Of a DNA stretch of 64,000 nucleotides, positions 48,731 through 59,468 are shown one piece after another. Below the pieces are notes generated by a model. It did no database searches and had not been told where the DNA came from. It saw nothing but the letters and a program-made list of their open reading frames with translations. The translations under genes were made by a program, and so were the position numbers. The stretch lies in assembly GCA_026390855.1 (NCBI GenBank), contig JAPLFE010000047.1, forward strand, positions 10,599-74,598. The letters run 5' to 3'. Within the stretch, counting starts at the first letter, position 1. Every line of letters starts with the position of its first letter. The stretch comes from Chlorobiales bacterium (GTDB taxonomy: Bacteria > Bacteroidota > Chlorobiia > Chlorobiales > Chlorobiaceae).

Positions 48731-49711
48731 TCAACCAGCATCGAATTGAAATTCTTGTGATCCTAATAAATTTTCCATTGCCTCTTCTACAGCATCCGGT
48801 GTAATGTTCCCGAGACAGCGATAATGATGGTATCTGCAAGTTCTACAAAAACATGGGGCACATGGCTCCGGGAAGTTCATCGCCATGCTTCTTTTCCCGA
48901 GTGGACGGGTCCATACCGGACTTGTAGAGCCAAACAGGCCAATGACCGGAGTCCCGATATAAGCAGCAAGATGCATCAATCCAGAGTCGTTCGAGACGAC
49001 GCCACGAGCGCTTGACATAATGGCGGCAGCCTCGTTCAAAGAAGTCTTCCCAGTCAGGTCTGTAATCCTTTCAGGAGCCATTTGTACAATCTCCCGCGCC
49101 GATTCCCGATCTTCGCGCGACCCAAGTACAACAATATTATAACGCTCATGCAACAATGCAAGTGCAGGAAAATAAGGCCATTTCTTGGCAGGTCCATACG
49201 ATGCGCCAGGGCAGTACACGATTGATCCCCTATGGTTCCTTTCTGGCATAACATTTATGCCCCGCCACTCTTCAGGAGGGGAAAATGGAGTATCGAGAAT
49301 TTCAGCATATTCATTGGTAATGTGGTACAACTTCTTACTATTAGTATTAATAACATCCCTTGGCAAAGGATCGGTCAGCAAAAAACGCCTCATTTCCCGT
49401 GACAAGCCCCTTCTGACAGGAATCCCTGTCTTCATTGAAAACCATGCAGAAGAAAACGAAAAAGGAAGCAGATACATGGTTTGAAACCCCCCGCTACGCA
49501 CAACTGACGCAGTACGTCTTCGATTATCCGCATCACTTCTGGAATACTCGATCCGAGGCAGATCGCACAGCATCCCGACCAAACTGCTCATCTGCCCGGG
49601 AACCAGAAGCGTCGTGTTTGATCGACGCCTTTCAGGAAGTCGCATTACCACCGAAAGGGAAAGAAGCATGTCTCCAATCCAGTTTGGTAAAAGGACAATA
49701 GAAGAGCTCAT
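48731..49711 (-). CDS. waaF: Lipopolysaccharide heptosyltransferase II
   Basis: PNWIGDMLL, PGASYGPAKKWP, LTGKTSL, SNDSGLMHLAA, FGSTSP. Confidence 0.85.
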   Translation of the reverse strand: MSSSIVLLPNWIGDMLLSLSVVMRLPERRRSNTTLLVPGQMSSLVGMLCDLPRIEYSRSDADNRRRTASVVRSGGFQTMYLLPFSFSSAWFSMKTGIPVRRGLSREMRRFLLTDPLPRDVINTNSKKLYHITNEYAEILDTPFSPPEEWRGINVMPERNHRGSIVYCPGASYGPAKKWPYFPALALLHERYNIVVLGSREDRESAREIVQMAPERITDLTGKTSLNEAAAIMSSARGVVSNDSGLMHLAAYIGTPVIGLFGSTSPVWTRPLGKRSMAMNFPEPCAPCFCRTCRYHHYRCLGNITPDAVEEAMENLLGSQEFQFDAG

Positions 49712-49836
49712 AAGCTATAGAGTATATGGTTGACCGGTAACCTTAAGCCGAACAACCAATCCAGACAAAATTCTTGTGCAAATATACATTGTGGAACGAT
49801 TGTTAGTGAGGTCCATGTACCTGGATTTTTCTACGT

Positions 49837-50703
49837 TCACGACTTTATCTCGATGAAATGTTTTTTACTCAGCTCCAGGCCGAACCAGCTTTCAAGATGC
49901 AACATGAACCGGTGCTTTTTTTCCCGCCGCGTCAGCTGATGATCAGGGTTAGCCCTGAAAAGTCCATCTTCTTTCGGAAGCCATTCAAGTATAGCTTTAG
50001 GATGGGAACCAGTAAACTCGCGGATAATTGTCTGATCAATCTCCCTGTAGTCAATCCGCCGATGGGAGTTATTCCAGTACTTCTGTACGTTTTCCAATTT
50101 ACGGTTCATCTCTTCCTCGCTCCGCACCCACCCATAGTGATAGATCGATGCCCCGGTATGTGCACTCTTCGGGTATCGGGCAACTTTACTTTTGCTGGTA
50201 AGCACATGCCAATAAAGTCCATCGGGCGCATAAGATCTTACAGAACTTCTTATAATCCGTGCCGCTCGGCGATACCAGCCGGGTGAATCAAGATAACTAT
50301 TCGAATTACCATAAAAATGATAGTAATCGAAGGTGAGTGCCTCGACTCGCTCATCATCCTTATAGACTCGGCAAGCATCAACTATTTTTGTTAAGTCATT
50401 TTCATGAATAATTTCATCTCCCTCAAGATAGAACGCCCAATCACCGGTACAGTTGAACTGTGCAATCATTTTCTGCTGACCATACACATAACCACCTACC
50501 TTCATCTTATCGCTCCATTGCGACTGGATGATCCGTATCTTTGGATCATCAATCTTTATGATTTTTTCAAGGGTGTCATCATCGCTGGCACCTACATTGA
50601 CAACGAATTCATCAACGATAGGCAGCACTGAACGAATCGATTCAATGTATGGAAAGCCAAAGATCGTTCCGTTTCTGATAAAAGTAAACGCGCTGATTCT
50701 CAT
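49837..50703 (-). CDS. Glycosyltransferase (GT-A, family 2-like)
   Basis: SDDDT, CTGDWAFYLEGDE, YHYGWVR. Confidence 0.8.
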   Translation of the reverse strand: MRISAFTFIRNGTIFGFPYIESIRSVLPIVDEFVVNVGASDDDTLEKIIKIDDPKIRIIQSQWSDKMKVGGYVYGQQKMIAQFNCTGDWAFYLEGDEIIHENDLTKIVDACRVYKDDERVEALTFDYYHFYGNSNSYLDSPGWYRRAARIIRSSVRSYAPDGLYWHVLTSKSKVARYPKSAHTGASIYHYGWVRSEEEMNRKLENVQKYWNNSHRRIDYREIDQTIIREFTGSHPKAILEWLPKEDGLFRANPDHQLTRREKKHRFMLHLESWFGLELSKKHFIEIKS

Positions 50704-51482
50704 GATTTGTTATTTTGCGAAGTATACAGGCTATCAAATCTCTCAGCTTCATAGAGCTTAATGTATTTGTAAAAAACTACATTCGCATTAGAAATCGAAA
50801 TCAGCAATCCCTCGTAACCGTAAACCCATCCGTGCTTTAATACATAGGACTTGAAAAAGGTGAGCATTCCGTAGAACAGAGCTTGAATGGGGGAAGCTTT
50901 TTTTCGACCCAGACGCTCCTTTGCCCAAAGCGTGGAGTAATGCTGCATTTTCTGGATGAGCTGCGATGCATTATCGTAAGGATAATGCTTCATTTTGCCT
51001 TGCAAAAGCTCCGTTTTCAGGTTTGTGTTCATTTTTAAACCTTCATGAACCAGCTTCTCGTTGTAGCGGGTACTCTTCCTGTTGAACAGACGTTGTACCT
51101 GATCGTTCTGCCAACTGCAACCTTGGATAAGCCTGCGATGGTAATGGTTATCTCGCCGAACGGCATAGATGCGACAGCTATCCAGCTCAAGTCCCAGTAT
51201 CTCATTGGCCAGTTCCGGTGTAACAATTTCATCACTGTCAACTGAGAGTATCCAATCGTTGGAGGCTTTATCTATGGCTATGTTCTTCAGCGGGCCAAAC
51301 CCGATGAATGGGTGCTTGTAAAGGGTCACATTCCTGAAACCTGAAGCGATGGATATCGTATCGTCGGTCGACCCGTTGTCTACAATCACCACCTCAGAAA
51401 ACACTTCAAGGGCACCTAGGCACTCAACGAGATAGAGAGAGGAATTTTTGGTTATGATCGTTACCGAAATGTTGTTAGCCAA
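50700..51482 (-). CDS. Glycosyltransferase family 2 (WaaE/KdtX-like)
   Basis: VDNGSTDDT, GFGPLKN, DWILSVDSDE, VHE, KHY. Confidence 0.88.
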   Translation of the reverse strand: MANNISVTIITKNSSLYLVECLGALEVFSEVVIVDNGSTDDTISIASGFRNVTLYKHPFIGFGPLKNIAIDKASNDWILSVDSDEIVTPELANEILGLELDSCRIYAVRRDNHYHRRLIQGCSWQNDQVQRLFNRKSTRYNEKLVHEGLKMNTNLKTELLQGKMKHYPYDNASQLIQKMQHYSTLWAKERLGRKKASPIQALFYGMLTFFKSYVLKHGWVYGYEGLLISISNANVVFYKYIKLYEAERFDSLYTSQNNKS

Positions 51483-52552
51483 TGGTCGATTTCATTAAAA
51501 ATGAGAGAGGGTTCAATATGGTTAAGGCATTCGCTGACACCATGATGATCATCGCATCCAGCCTTGCCGCAGGCTACACAGGGCATCTCTGCCTGAAAGA
51601 GAGTGACGTTGCCATAAGTCTGCAATGGTCTGTTCGTCCGGGTTCCAGTACGAAGCTCATTGCACCACGGCGACCATGCGCTGAGAATGGTCGGTCCAAA
51701 AATGGCAAAAATGCGCTTATTCTGCGAAGCGGCGATATGCATGTTCAGGGTGTCAGCTCCAATATAAGCCAAGGATCGATCACTCAACGCAATCAACTCA
51801 TCCATACTTGTCCTGCCAATGAAATCATGCACATTCTCGAGTTTTGGCAGTGTTTTCTTAATCTCAAGATCGAGGGCACTCAACGACCCGGTGACGATAA
51901 TCGGCAAACCAAGAGAGTTCAGGCGTTCAAGGAGAGCATTTCGGAGTATCTCGGGGTAAACTTTGTATTCGTACTGCGCGCCAGGATGAAAAATAATAAA
52001 TTCGGAAATGCCATGCATAACCAGCATTTTATCAATGCTTTCAGTGGCCTGAGGTGTAGAGTAGGCACCGACAGTGGGCTTACCGAAGGCAATGCCCCCA
52101 ATCAGGTCGAGAGCAGCGGTGTTGTTCTCGATGATGTGCCGACTGGAATCGAAATCATAATGATCCGTAAGAAGTAAACGCTTCCACCAGGATTTTTTTC
52201 TGTCAGCCTCTACTACGCTGATAGAGGTACGTCCGGAAACCAGAGCAAACAGCACTGAGCGATCGCTTGTCGTAAGATTGACGCTGAGGTCATAACGGCG
52301 TGCAATCTTTTTAAGGAGACCAAAGGTCTGGACCCCCCGCCCCTTACCTGCATCATTATAGGTGAAAAGATGTATTTCGTTGATATGCGGAAGAGTCTTG
52401 GCTAGAGCAAGAGTGTCACTGTTAATAAGAAGATCAATGCATGGACGATCATAGGCCTTAAAGAGCGCCTCAATAAGTGGTGAACTCAAAAAGACGTCAC
52501 CATTGGAACGTTGTACTATAACCAGTATACGACGCGTTGTACGTTTGCTCAT
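51461..52552 (-). CDS. Glycosyltransferase family 9 (heptosyltransferase III / WaaQ-like)
   Basis: GDVFLSSP, HPGA, GADTLNMHIAAS, AIFGPT, C-terminal CVACGKAGC. Confidence 0.85.
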   Translation of the reverse strand: MSKRTTRRILVIVQRSNGDVFLSSPLIEALFKAYDRPCIDLLINSDTLALAKTLPHINEIHLFTYNDAGKGRGVQTFGLLKKIARRYDLSVNLTTSDRSVLFALVSGRTSISVVEADRKKSWWKRLLLTDHYDFDSSRHIIENNTAALDLIGGIAFGKPTVGAYSTPQATESIDKMLVMHGISEFIIFHPGAQYEYKVYPEILRNALLERLNSLGLPIIVTGSLSALDLEIKKTLPKLENVHDFIGRTSMDELIALSDRSLAYIGADTLNMHIAASQNKRIFAIFGPTILSAWSPWCNELRTGTRTNRPLQTYGNVTLFQAEMPCVACGKAGCDDHHGVSECLNHIEPSLIFNEIDHWLTTFR

Positions 52553-52742
52553 TTGATGATGAACCTTTCCGCGTTATAGTCACTTGAATTTTTTTGGGCT
52601 TTCATCCTGATATTGATTCCAGAATTCAATGTTATAGCACATGAACACTTTAAGAAAAAACGTTTTCTCGGCTTAATAGGAATCTGGACCCCTTAATCTG
52701 TAACGGTTTGAACCCATCAGAAAGAGTGATCCGACTAATGCA

Positions 52743-53735
52743 TCAAGATGCCATTTTATGCATAAATCTCTTTACAGGAAAAAAGAATTGCCATTTTTTT
52801 TCGCTGAGCAAAGACTGGACAAACACCCTTAAAGGGCCTCTCTTTATAGAATAAGAGAACAGCTTTAAGAAACCATAGTTACGTGTCCAAACTTTCCTCA
52901 TTAAAAGCTCCTCGGATCGTTTTCTTTTTAATAAAAAAAGGAAATCGACATTGCCTATTCTTGTGAGATCTTCGATTCTCTGGGCCAGCACTGCCAGATA
53001 ATTTTCCTTATTGCGGATTTTTCTTTGCGTCCACTGGTCATAGGTCAGGTTCCGTATATCGGTTCTGGCCGTCATGCCGGATTCGTGCCTGTAAAGAATC
53101 AACGGCTCGGGAATGTATTCGAGGCCACCAGTCAAAGCACTCCTGAACCCCATAACCAGATCCTCGATGCACTTACTGAATTTTATCGGACCGAACGTCT
53201 CTTCGATTTTCCTGGTAAATGAGGCAGTAGCACCTATAATCAACGCGCCACTAACAGCCATTTCTTCAATGTCCATACGACCAGATATAAGCGGTGGAAG
53301 CCTCGTGCCGACCCGGTTCCCGGAAATATCTATCAAATAGACCGATGAATGAATCAACGACACTCTGCGGCCGGAAGCAAGGTATCGTTCCACTAGCTTT
53401 TCCGTCCGGTGTGGAAGCGAAATATCATCGCCCGCCGCATAGACGATCAGTTCCCCGGATGAAAGAGAGGTTATCCTGTTCATATGCCCGATAAGCCCCA
53501 GATTCTCCTGGTTCCTGTTAACAACAAGTTTGTGCGGTCCAACATATTTTTCTGTCATCTCCTCGATTATCTGGAACGTCCCGTCCATCGAACAGTCGTC
53601 GGAAATGACTATCTCAAGTGGGGAGTAGGTTTGGCTGAAAGCTCCCTCTATTGCCTCACGAACATACCGTTCCTGATTATAGGTAATAAGAAAGAAGGTC
53701 ACCAGCATACTGGTGTCGCTCAGACCGTTATACAT
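52743..53735 (-). CDS. Glycosyltransferase family 2
   Basis: YNQERY, ISDDCSMDGT, AAGDDISLPHR. Confidence 0.88.
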   Translation of the reverse strand: MYNGLSDTSMLVTFFLITYNQERYVREAIEGAFSQTYSPLEIVISDDCSMDGTFQIIEEMTEKYVGPHKLVVNRNQENLGLIGHMNRITSLSSGELIVYAAGDDISLPHRTEKLVERYLASGRRVSLIHSSVYLIDISGNRVGTRLPPLISGRMDIEEMAVSGALIIGATASFTRKIEETFGPIKFSKCIEDLVMGFRSALTGGLEYIPEPLILYRHESGMTARTDIRNLTYDQWTQRKIRNKENYLAVLAQRIEDLTRIGNVDFLFLLKRKRSEELLMRKVWTRNYGFLKLFSYSIKRGPLRVFVQSLLSEKKWQFFFPVKRFMHKMAS

Positions 53736-53793
53736 CTGTATTGATATACTTTATCGTTTTAGTTGTAAAAAACATGCTCTTCATCAACTGATA

Positions 53794-54675
53794 TCAATGC
53801 ATCTCCCAAGTCCCGCTCTTGCTGACCATATGAAGCGTAAAGCCTGATTTACCAAGCTCTTCTTCTCTCCATTTCCTGAATTCGAACCAAAATAAGAATT
53901 TTTCCATCTTTCTTGCCCACCATTTAGAACCAACTCGGATACGAAAATATTTGCGATCCCCGAGGGATTTTTGCTTCGTTTTTTCTGCAACAGCTTTTTG
54001 GGTAATCGATCCAAAGTGGTGAAAAACCGAATCGCCGACAATACCTACAGGAATGTTCGCCCGCCTGCATCGAAAAAGAAATTCGGCATCTTCATAACCT
54101 CCCAGACGCCGATCTGAGTCCGGAAAGCCGACCTTTTCGAAAACGCTCCGATGCACAGCGAAACACACCCCATGAAACCGCCCACGGCGAATCATACCCG
54201 ACATTTTTTGCTTAAAGCCCACTGCGAACTTCTCGAACCCATAATCATTCGGCCCCTCCAGCAGCGCTGGGCTCACAACGCTGAGCTTCTCGCGTTCAGC
54301 CGCATCAAGCAGTGCGCCGATTGCATCAGGCCCAGCAAGCACATCATTATTCAAAAGCACAACCCATTCGGCATCAGGACAGAGCACTACTCCCTGAACC
54401 CAGGCACAACCACAACCGAGATTAACGTTATTGCGTCGGTACTTCAATTCGGGATGTTTCGCTAACCACAGCGGAGTTTCATCACTGCTGGCATTGTCGA
54501 TAATCAGAATTTCTTTCAGTGTGACATTTTGTTTAAGAAGGCTTTCCACGCACTTTGACGTATAATAGAACTGATTAAATACAGGGATTACGACAACATA
54601 GCGTTTTGGGTTTTTTGGCATAGTGATGATAACAGACTCTTGATTGGAGAGAGAATACGTGTGCAACTCCAACAT
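53794..54675 (-). CDS. Glycosyltransferase family 2
   Basis: IPVFN, IDNASSDET, LLNND, GYEDAE; true start may be ATG at 54621. Confidence 0.85.
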   Translation of the reverse strand: MLELHTYSLSNQESVIITMPKNPKRYVVVIPVFNQFYYTSKCVESLLKQNVTLKEILIIDNASSDETPLWLAKHPELKYRRNNVNLGCGCAWVQGVVLCPDAEWVVLLNNDVLAGPDAIGALLDAAEREKLSVVSPALLEGPNDYGFEKFAVGFKQKMSGMIRRGRFHGVCFAVHRSVFEKVGFPDSDRRLGGYEDAEFLFRCRRANIPVGIVGDSVFHHFGSITQKAVAEKTKQKSLGDRKYFRIRVGSKWWARKMEKFLFWFEFRKWREEELGKSGFTLHMVSKSGTWEMH

Positions 54676-54981
54676 ATTTAAGCACTTATCCTAGAACTCC
54701 TTGTTGGAAAAATCAATATACAGGTTTCTCCACTCCCTTCGGAAGCATGCAACCTGACTCATACCGAACCCTGTCATTCGAACAACGTATACCAGTTGAT
54801 AAATCAACATAAGGGAAAAAGACAGCTAATATCGATAGAAGTCATCCCATTAAAAAATTTTCAAAACCATCAAGGCCGTAAATGTCAGCTTAAAATATAA
54901 GAAAGCATCCGAGGCCCCACTAAAACGAACTATGAAAATAATCCTGATATAACGCAAAAAGCATCCTACCGAACTCTAATG

Positions 54982-55028
54982 ATACTCCCAGCCGCAAGCG
55001 GCGGGGAATATGACCCGTAGAGATTCAA
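54982..55028. repeat. REP/IS200-IS605-end-like palindromic element
   Basis: ATACTCCCAGCCGC-AA-GCGGCGGGGAATAT GC-rich hairpin followed by GACCCGTAGAGATTCA, in an AT-rich intergenic gap. Confidence 0.45.
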
Positions 55029-55103
55029 TCGGTAAAATGCTTTCCTGGTAGAAAAAAAGCTAAACACAAACCAAAACTATATTGTGCTGTACTCGTCTTT
55101 TCC

Positions 55104-56453
55104 TTATTTCTTAGCAACCGTAAGCCATCCATTCACCTCATCAATATCACTATCTGACAAACTACCGCTTGAATCCTTAAGCTGCAATCTATTCAGAATA
55201 TACTGATAGCGCGACTTCGCAAGATTCCGTTTGTTTGACAAAAGCTTCTGTTCTGCATCAAGCACCTCCATGTTGGTGCGTAACCCCAACTCAAAACCTT
55301 TTTTTGTACCCTTCAAGGCAATTTCACCTGATTTTACCGCCTGTTCATAAGCATGAATTTGCGCTATGGTCGTAACAACACCATTATAATATTTCCGCAC
55401 ATCCGACTCTGTTCCTCGTTCCTGCCAACTGAATTGCTCCTGAGCTTTTAACCGTTTTGCATGAGCTTGGCGGACTGATGCGCTCACATAACCACCACTA
55501 TAAATCGGCATACTCATTTGTAAAGCAACCGAATAAGTATTGTAGGATGACCCGATAATATAGTTGTTATCACTCAAACTATAGTTTTGTCCTGCTACAA
55601 GGTTTAACATTGGGTAACGAGCAGCGCGCTGCCTGTCTATCTCCTTCTTGGCTATCTGCATTTCATGCCGGGCAGCAGCAATTTCATGATTATCTGAACG
55701 AGCAAGCTCAACCCACGACTCAACGTTACCCGGTACCGGCTTTTCCAACATCATTTTCCCAGGCACAAGTTTACAAAGCTCATTAGGATAAACCCCTGTA
55801 AAATGCTCTAACTCTCTTCGGCTGAACTCAAGGCCGTTAACAACTTCCACTCCATCCGCGAGTGCCATATCATATGCAGCCTGAGCCTCGCTTATTTCAG
55901 TAATTGTCCCGAACCCTTTTTCAAAACGTCTTTTCGTCTGTTGAAGCTGCTCCTGTGAAGCCTTTATATGAGTCTGGCTTAGCTCAACGTTATCCTCCGA
56001 ATACAAAGCATTACAATAGGCCTCAGTAATTCTTACAATTAAATGAGACTCTTCATTCTCAAGGAGAGCATCCCCTTTTGCAGCTGCGGCTTTTGCCTGT
56101 TGATAATCGGCAAAACTTGACAAATTAAACAGCGGCTGTTGCAAGGACAGGCCGTAAGTTTTAGAATTGTAAAACTGGTTATTGCGAGTATAACCACCAT
56201 AATAAGCAGGAGTTATGCTATATGTTTCGTTCCTTCCCCGTTGAGCATTCGCGCTGATTTTCGGACGAAATTCAGCCCTAGCCTTGGCAATCTCCTCCTT
56301 CGACACAAGATTATCAGCCTTTGCTGCACGAACCTGAGCATCATAGTCAAATGCTTTATGATAAGCCGAAGACAAATCGAACGGCTCGGCATAGACCGGC
56401 AGTGCAGTAAACAACAAACAAGCAACAACAATCAAACGCATTAATAGTTTCAT
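55104..56453 (-). CDS. TolC family outer membrane protein (T1SS)
   Basis: Signal peptide, two OEP repeats, GLRTNMEVLDAEQ. Confidence 0.92.
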   Translation of the reverse strand: MKLLMRLIVVACLLFTALPVYAEPFDLSSAYHKAFDYDAQVRAAKADNLVSKEEIAKARAEFRPKISANAQRGRNETYSITPAYYGGYTRNNQFYNSKTYGLSLQQPLFNLSSFADYQQAKAAAAKGDALLENEESHLIVRITEAYCNALYSEDNVELSQTHIKASQEQLQQTKRRFEKGFGTITEISEAQAAYDMALADGVEVVNGLEFSRRELEHFTGVYPNELCKLVPGKMMLEKPVPGNVESWVELARSDNHEIAAARHEMQIAKKEIDRQRAARYPMLNLVAGQNYSLSDNNYIIGSSYNTYSVALQMSMPIYSGGYVSASVRQAHAKRLKAQEQFSWQERGTESDVRKYYNGVVTTIAQIHAYEQAVKSGEIALKGTKKGFELGLRTNMEVLDAEQKLLSNKRNLAKSRYQYILNRLQLKDSSGSLSDSDIDEVNGWLTVAKK

Positions 56454-56533
56454 ATCCTACTCACCCATCACTTTTAGTTATGCACACCAAACTGTCGGCA
56501 ATATCACCTGAAACCCTGCAAACTTGCACAACC

Positions 56534-57703
56534 CTATTCCTCTTTCATTGAAACCGTAATACGCTTGAACAACGGATCAAGAAGATAGGTCAAAAGCGAG
56601 CGTTCACCTGTCTTTATCACAACCTGCACCGGCATACCCGGTTGCATCTGACGCTTTCCAAGGGTTTTCATACCCGCAGGAGTCACAAAAACACGCGCAA
56701 GATAATATGAAGCACCGGGTTGCATCGGGTTAACTCCAGGGTCTGTTACAATATCTTTCGAGACAGACTCAACTTCTCCCTTAACAACAAGCTGCGGCGA
56801 ATGTGAAAAAGAAAAAAAGCTCACGTCAACAGGTAGCCCCTTATGAATACTGTCAATCAACTGCGGCGAAACCTTTGCATCAATTAAAAGGCCCTCATGA
56901 ACCGGCACAATATCCATGATTTTTTGTCCCGGCTGAAGCACCGCACCTACCGACTGCACCTGAAGGCCAATCACCTGCCCTGAAGCAGTAGATCGAACTT
57001 CGGTATCAGCAAGCTCCTCAGCAAGCGCTCTTGTTTTTTCAGCATCAGCCCCAACTTCAAGCTGAACCTGAGCAAGCTGAGAAGCAGTATTGGTCCTGAA
57101 ATCCGCAATTTTCAACTCCAGTTCGCGCTGCTGGCTCAATGGAGCAAAACCCTCCTTAACCAGCTCTTTCATCCCATCCAACTGATCATTGATAATCTGC
57201 AGCGACAAACGTCGCGACAAAAAAAGCTGCTTCTGATTCTGCATATTCTGTTCAGCTAAAGCGCGATCATGATCATTCAGCAGATCCTTGTGAAAGGTAA
57301 TCGAACCTGCTCCTTTCATCTCTGCAACAAGACGATCCGCCGTAGCTCGCATACCAAGATAGTGCTGATGAACTTCATCATAGCGGGCTTTAGCTGTCTG
57401 AGTGTCAAGCTTCATCAACACATCCCCCTCCCGAACCATCTGACCCTCCTTCACATAAACCTTCTCGATTCTGCCACCATGAAGATTTTCTACTACCTTG
57501 CGTTTTGTCGCAATACTCACCATTCCTTGAGCTGGCACCCCCTCATCAAGTGGAGCAAAACCAGCCCAAAGCAAAAAACTCCCAAATCCGACAAGTAATA
57601 CCCATATACCAAGTCTGATCGGACTACGTGTATCACGATATTCACTGCCATTTACCTGCTCTGGAACAGTCTTTTTCACTACCACAACATCACGAATACT
57701 CAT
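56534..57703 (-). CDS. HlyD family type I secretion membrane fusion protein
   Basis: WAGFAPLDEGV, GGRIEKVYVKEG, PGMPVQVVIKTGERSLLTYLLDP. Confidence 0.93.
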   Translation of the reverse strand: MSIRDVVVVKKTVPEQVNGSEYRDTRSPIRLGIWVLLVGFGSFLLWAGFAPLDEGVPAQGMVSIATKRKVVENLHGGRIEKVYVKEGQMVREGDVLMKLDTQTAKARYDEVHQHYLGMRATADRLVAEMKGAGSITFHKDLLNDHDRALAEQNMQNQKQLFLSRRLSLQIINDQLDGMKELVKEGFAPLSQQRELELKIADFRTNTASQLAQVQLEVGADAEKTRALAEELADTEVRSTASGQVIGLQVQSVGAVLQPGQKIMDIVPVHEGLLIDAKVSPQLIDSIHKGLPVDVSFFSFSHSPQLVVKGEVESVSKDIVTDPGVNPMQPGASYYLARVFVTPAGMKTLGKRQMQPGMPVQVVIKTGERSLLTYLLDPLFKRITVSMKEE

Positions 57704-57734
57704 TGCTATCCTTTATACAATTCTCAAAATTTAA

Positions 57735-59444
57735 TCATGCTTCAGAAAGCTCAGGCTTAACACTCGCCGGACGCAAAGCCAGCAAAACCTCATCGCGTGG
57801 TCCACAACGGATAATCTTTCCAGCCTGCATTACAACCAAAAGATCCGCAACCCCAAGTATATTGGGACGATGCGTAATAAGAATTACTGTTTTACCTGCC
57901 TTGCGTAAATCGACTACCGCTTCAAGTAATGACCGATCACCAGCCTCATCAAGGTTAGCATTCGGCTCATCAAGTACAAGAATAGCAGGATTGCCATACA
58001 TGGCACGCGCCAGACCGAGCCGCTGGCGCTGACCTCCCGAAAGCATTCCCCCCGCCTCGCCGATCTGCGTATTATAGCCATGAGGAAAACGTAAAATCAT
58101 CTCATGAATTCCGGTACGCTTTGCGGCCTCAATCACTTTCGAAGAATCAACCTCAGCAAAACGGGCAATATTTTCAGCAATCGAACCATCGAACAGTTCA
58201 ATATCCTGAGGCAGATAACCAATATGCGGCCCAAGTTCCAACCTGTCCCAACTCTCAATCGGCTCACCGTCAATAAAAACATCTCCCTTCCGATCTGGCC
58301 AAACACCCACTATACAGCGCGCAAGTGTTGACTTTCCAGATCCCGAAGGTCCAATTACTACAGCTACCTTACCAGCAGGAAACACCACACACAGATCATC
58401 CAAAATCGGAATCTCTCGTCCTTCAGCAGTCGCAGTAAGACCTTCAAGACGAATCTCACCTAAAGGATCCTGATGCTTCGATCCCGGCTTACGCTCTGGA
58501 AATTCCTCCAGAAGCTTCTCCAGACGAAGGAACGCTGTACGCGACTGAACAAAAGGCTTCCAGGTAGATATAACAAGATCCAGTGGCTGCAAAGCCCTCG
58601 ACATAAGCACATTAGCAGCAATCATCGAACCTGCCGACATCTTACCTTCAATAACCATTAACGCACCAGCACCAAGCGTAAGCGATTGCATACTGTAGCG
58701 GACAAACTTCGCAACCGCCTGCTGGCGATGCTGTCTGTCAAGAGAAGAATCAGCTTTAGCAAGTGAAGCATCATGCAGCATAAACCATCGCTGTTGAAGA
58801 CTCCCTGCCATACCCATCGCATGCACTGGTTCTATATTACGGAGCTTGCTCTGCACAAAACGATAGCTGTCATTGCCTGCATCGGCTGCATTTTCGATCT
58901 CTTTGGTGGAAAGCCGGTGGCTTTGCCACGTCAAACCAAGCTGGATAACAGCAAAGAAAATTGAAAGCCAACCCAGAAAAGGGCTGAGTAAAAAAATAAC
59001 AGCAATATAAATAGGCGTCCAGGGGGTATCAAAAAACGCGATCATACCATTAGCCGTCAGGAACTGACGAATATTAGTCAAATCAGAAAAGGCCTGCACA
59101 ACATTATGCCTTGCGGAATTCAAATAAGCCTCGAAACTTGAGTTAAACACCAGAGAGTTCAGCGCTTCATCAAGCCTGACTCCCGTCCGCACCAAAAGGC
59201 GAGAACGAAGCCATTCTGCAAAAGCCATAATCCCATAAAAAAATATCAGAAAAAATGTCACCATAAGCAGTGTAAGCTCACTGCCGCTTTTCATAACACG
59301 ACCATAGACCTGGAGCATGTATATTGTCGGCGTGAGCATCAGCACATTGGCAATCAAGCTGAAAATGCCTACCCAAAAAAACTCTCTACGAAAAGTCCAG
59401 AGCTGACGAGATAAAGCACTACGATCAAAAAAATCAGGTTTCAT
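57735..59444 (-). CDS. Type I secretion ABC permease/ATPase (PrtD/AprD type), copy 2
   Basis: MLQVYGRV, GPSGSGKST, GYLPQDIELF, LSGGQRQR, LDEPNANLD. Confidence 0.93.
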   Translation of the reverse strand: MKPDFFDRSALSRQLWTFRREFFWVGIFSLIANVLMLTPTIYMLQVYGRVMKSGSELTLLMVTFFLIFFYGIMAFAEWLRSRLLVRTGVRLDEALNSLVFNSSFEAYLNSARHNVVQAFSDLTNIRQFLTANGMIAFFDTPWTPIYIAVIFLLSPFLGWLSIFFAVIQLGLTWQSHRLSTKEIENAADAGNDSYRFVQSKLRNIEPVHAMGMAGSLQQRWFMLHDASLAKADSSLDRQHRQQAVAKFVRYSMQSLTLGAGALMVIEGKMSAGSMIAANVLMSRALQPLDLVISTWKPFVQSRTAFLRLEKLLEEFPERKPGSKHQDPLGEIRLEGLTATAEGREIPILDDLCVVFPAGKVAVVIGPSGSGKSTLARCIVGVWPDRKGDVFIDGEPIESWDRLELGPHIGYLPQDIELFDGSIAENIARFAEVDSSKVIEAAKRTGIHEMILRFPHGYNTQIGEAGGMLSGGQRQRLGLARAMYGNPAILVLDEPNANLDEAGDRSLLEAVVDLRKAGKTVILITHRPNILGVADLLVVMQAGKIIRCGPRDEVLLALRPASVKPELSEA

Positions 59445-59468
59445 GAATGATCTACTTTCAAATAAGAG

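Noticed and set aside
54690-54810. 39-codon minus-strand ORF (MLIYQLVYVVRMTGFGMSQVACFRREWRNLYIDF...) vaguely like a GT2 C-terminus
   Set aside because: Too short and the similarity is only an impression; needs BLASTx.
56534-57703. HlyD protein somewhat short (389 aa), suggesting another deletion
   Set aside because: All terminal motifs are intact and the helical hairpin length varies naturally; no junction evidence.
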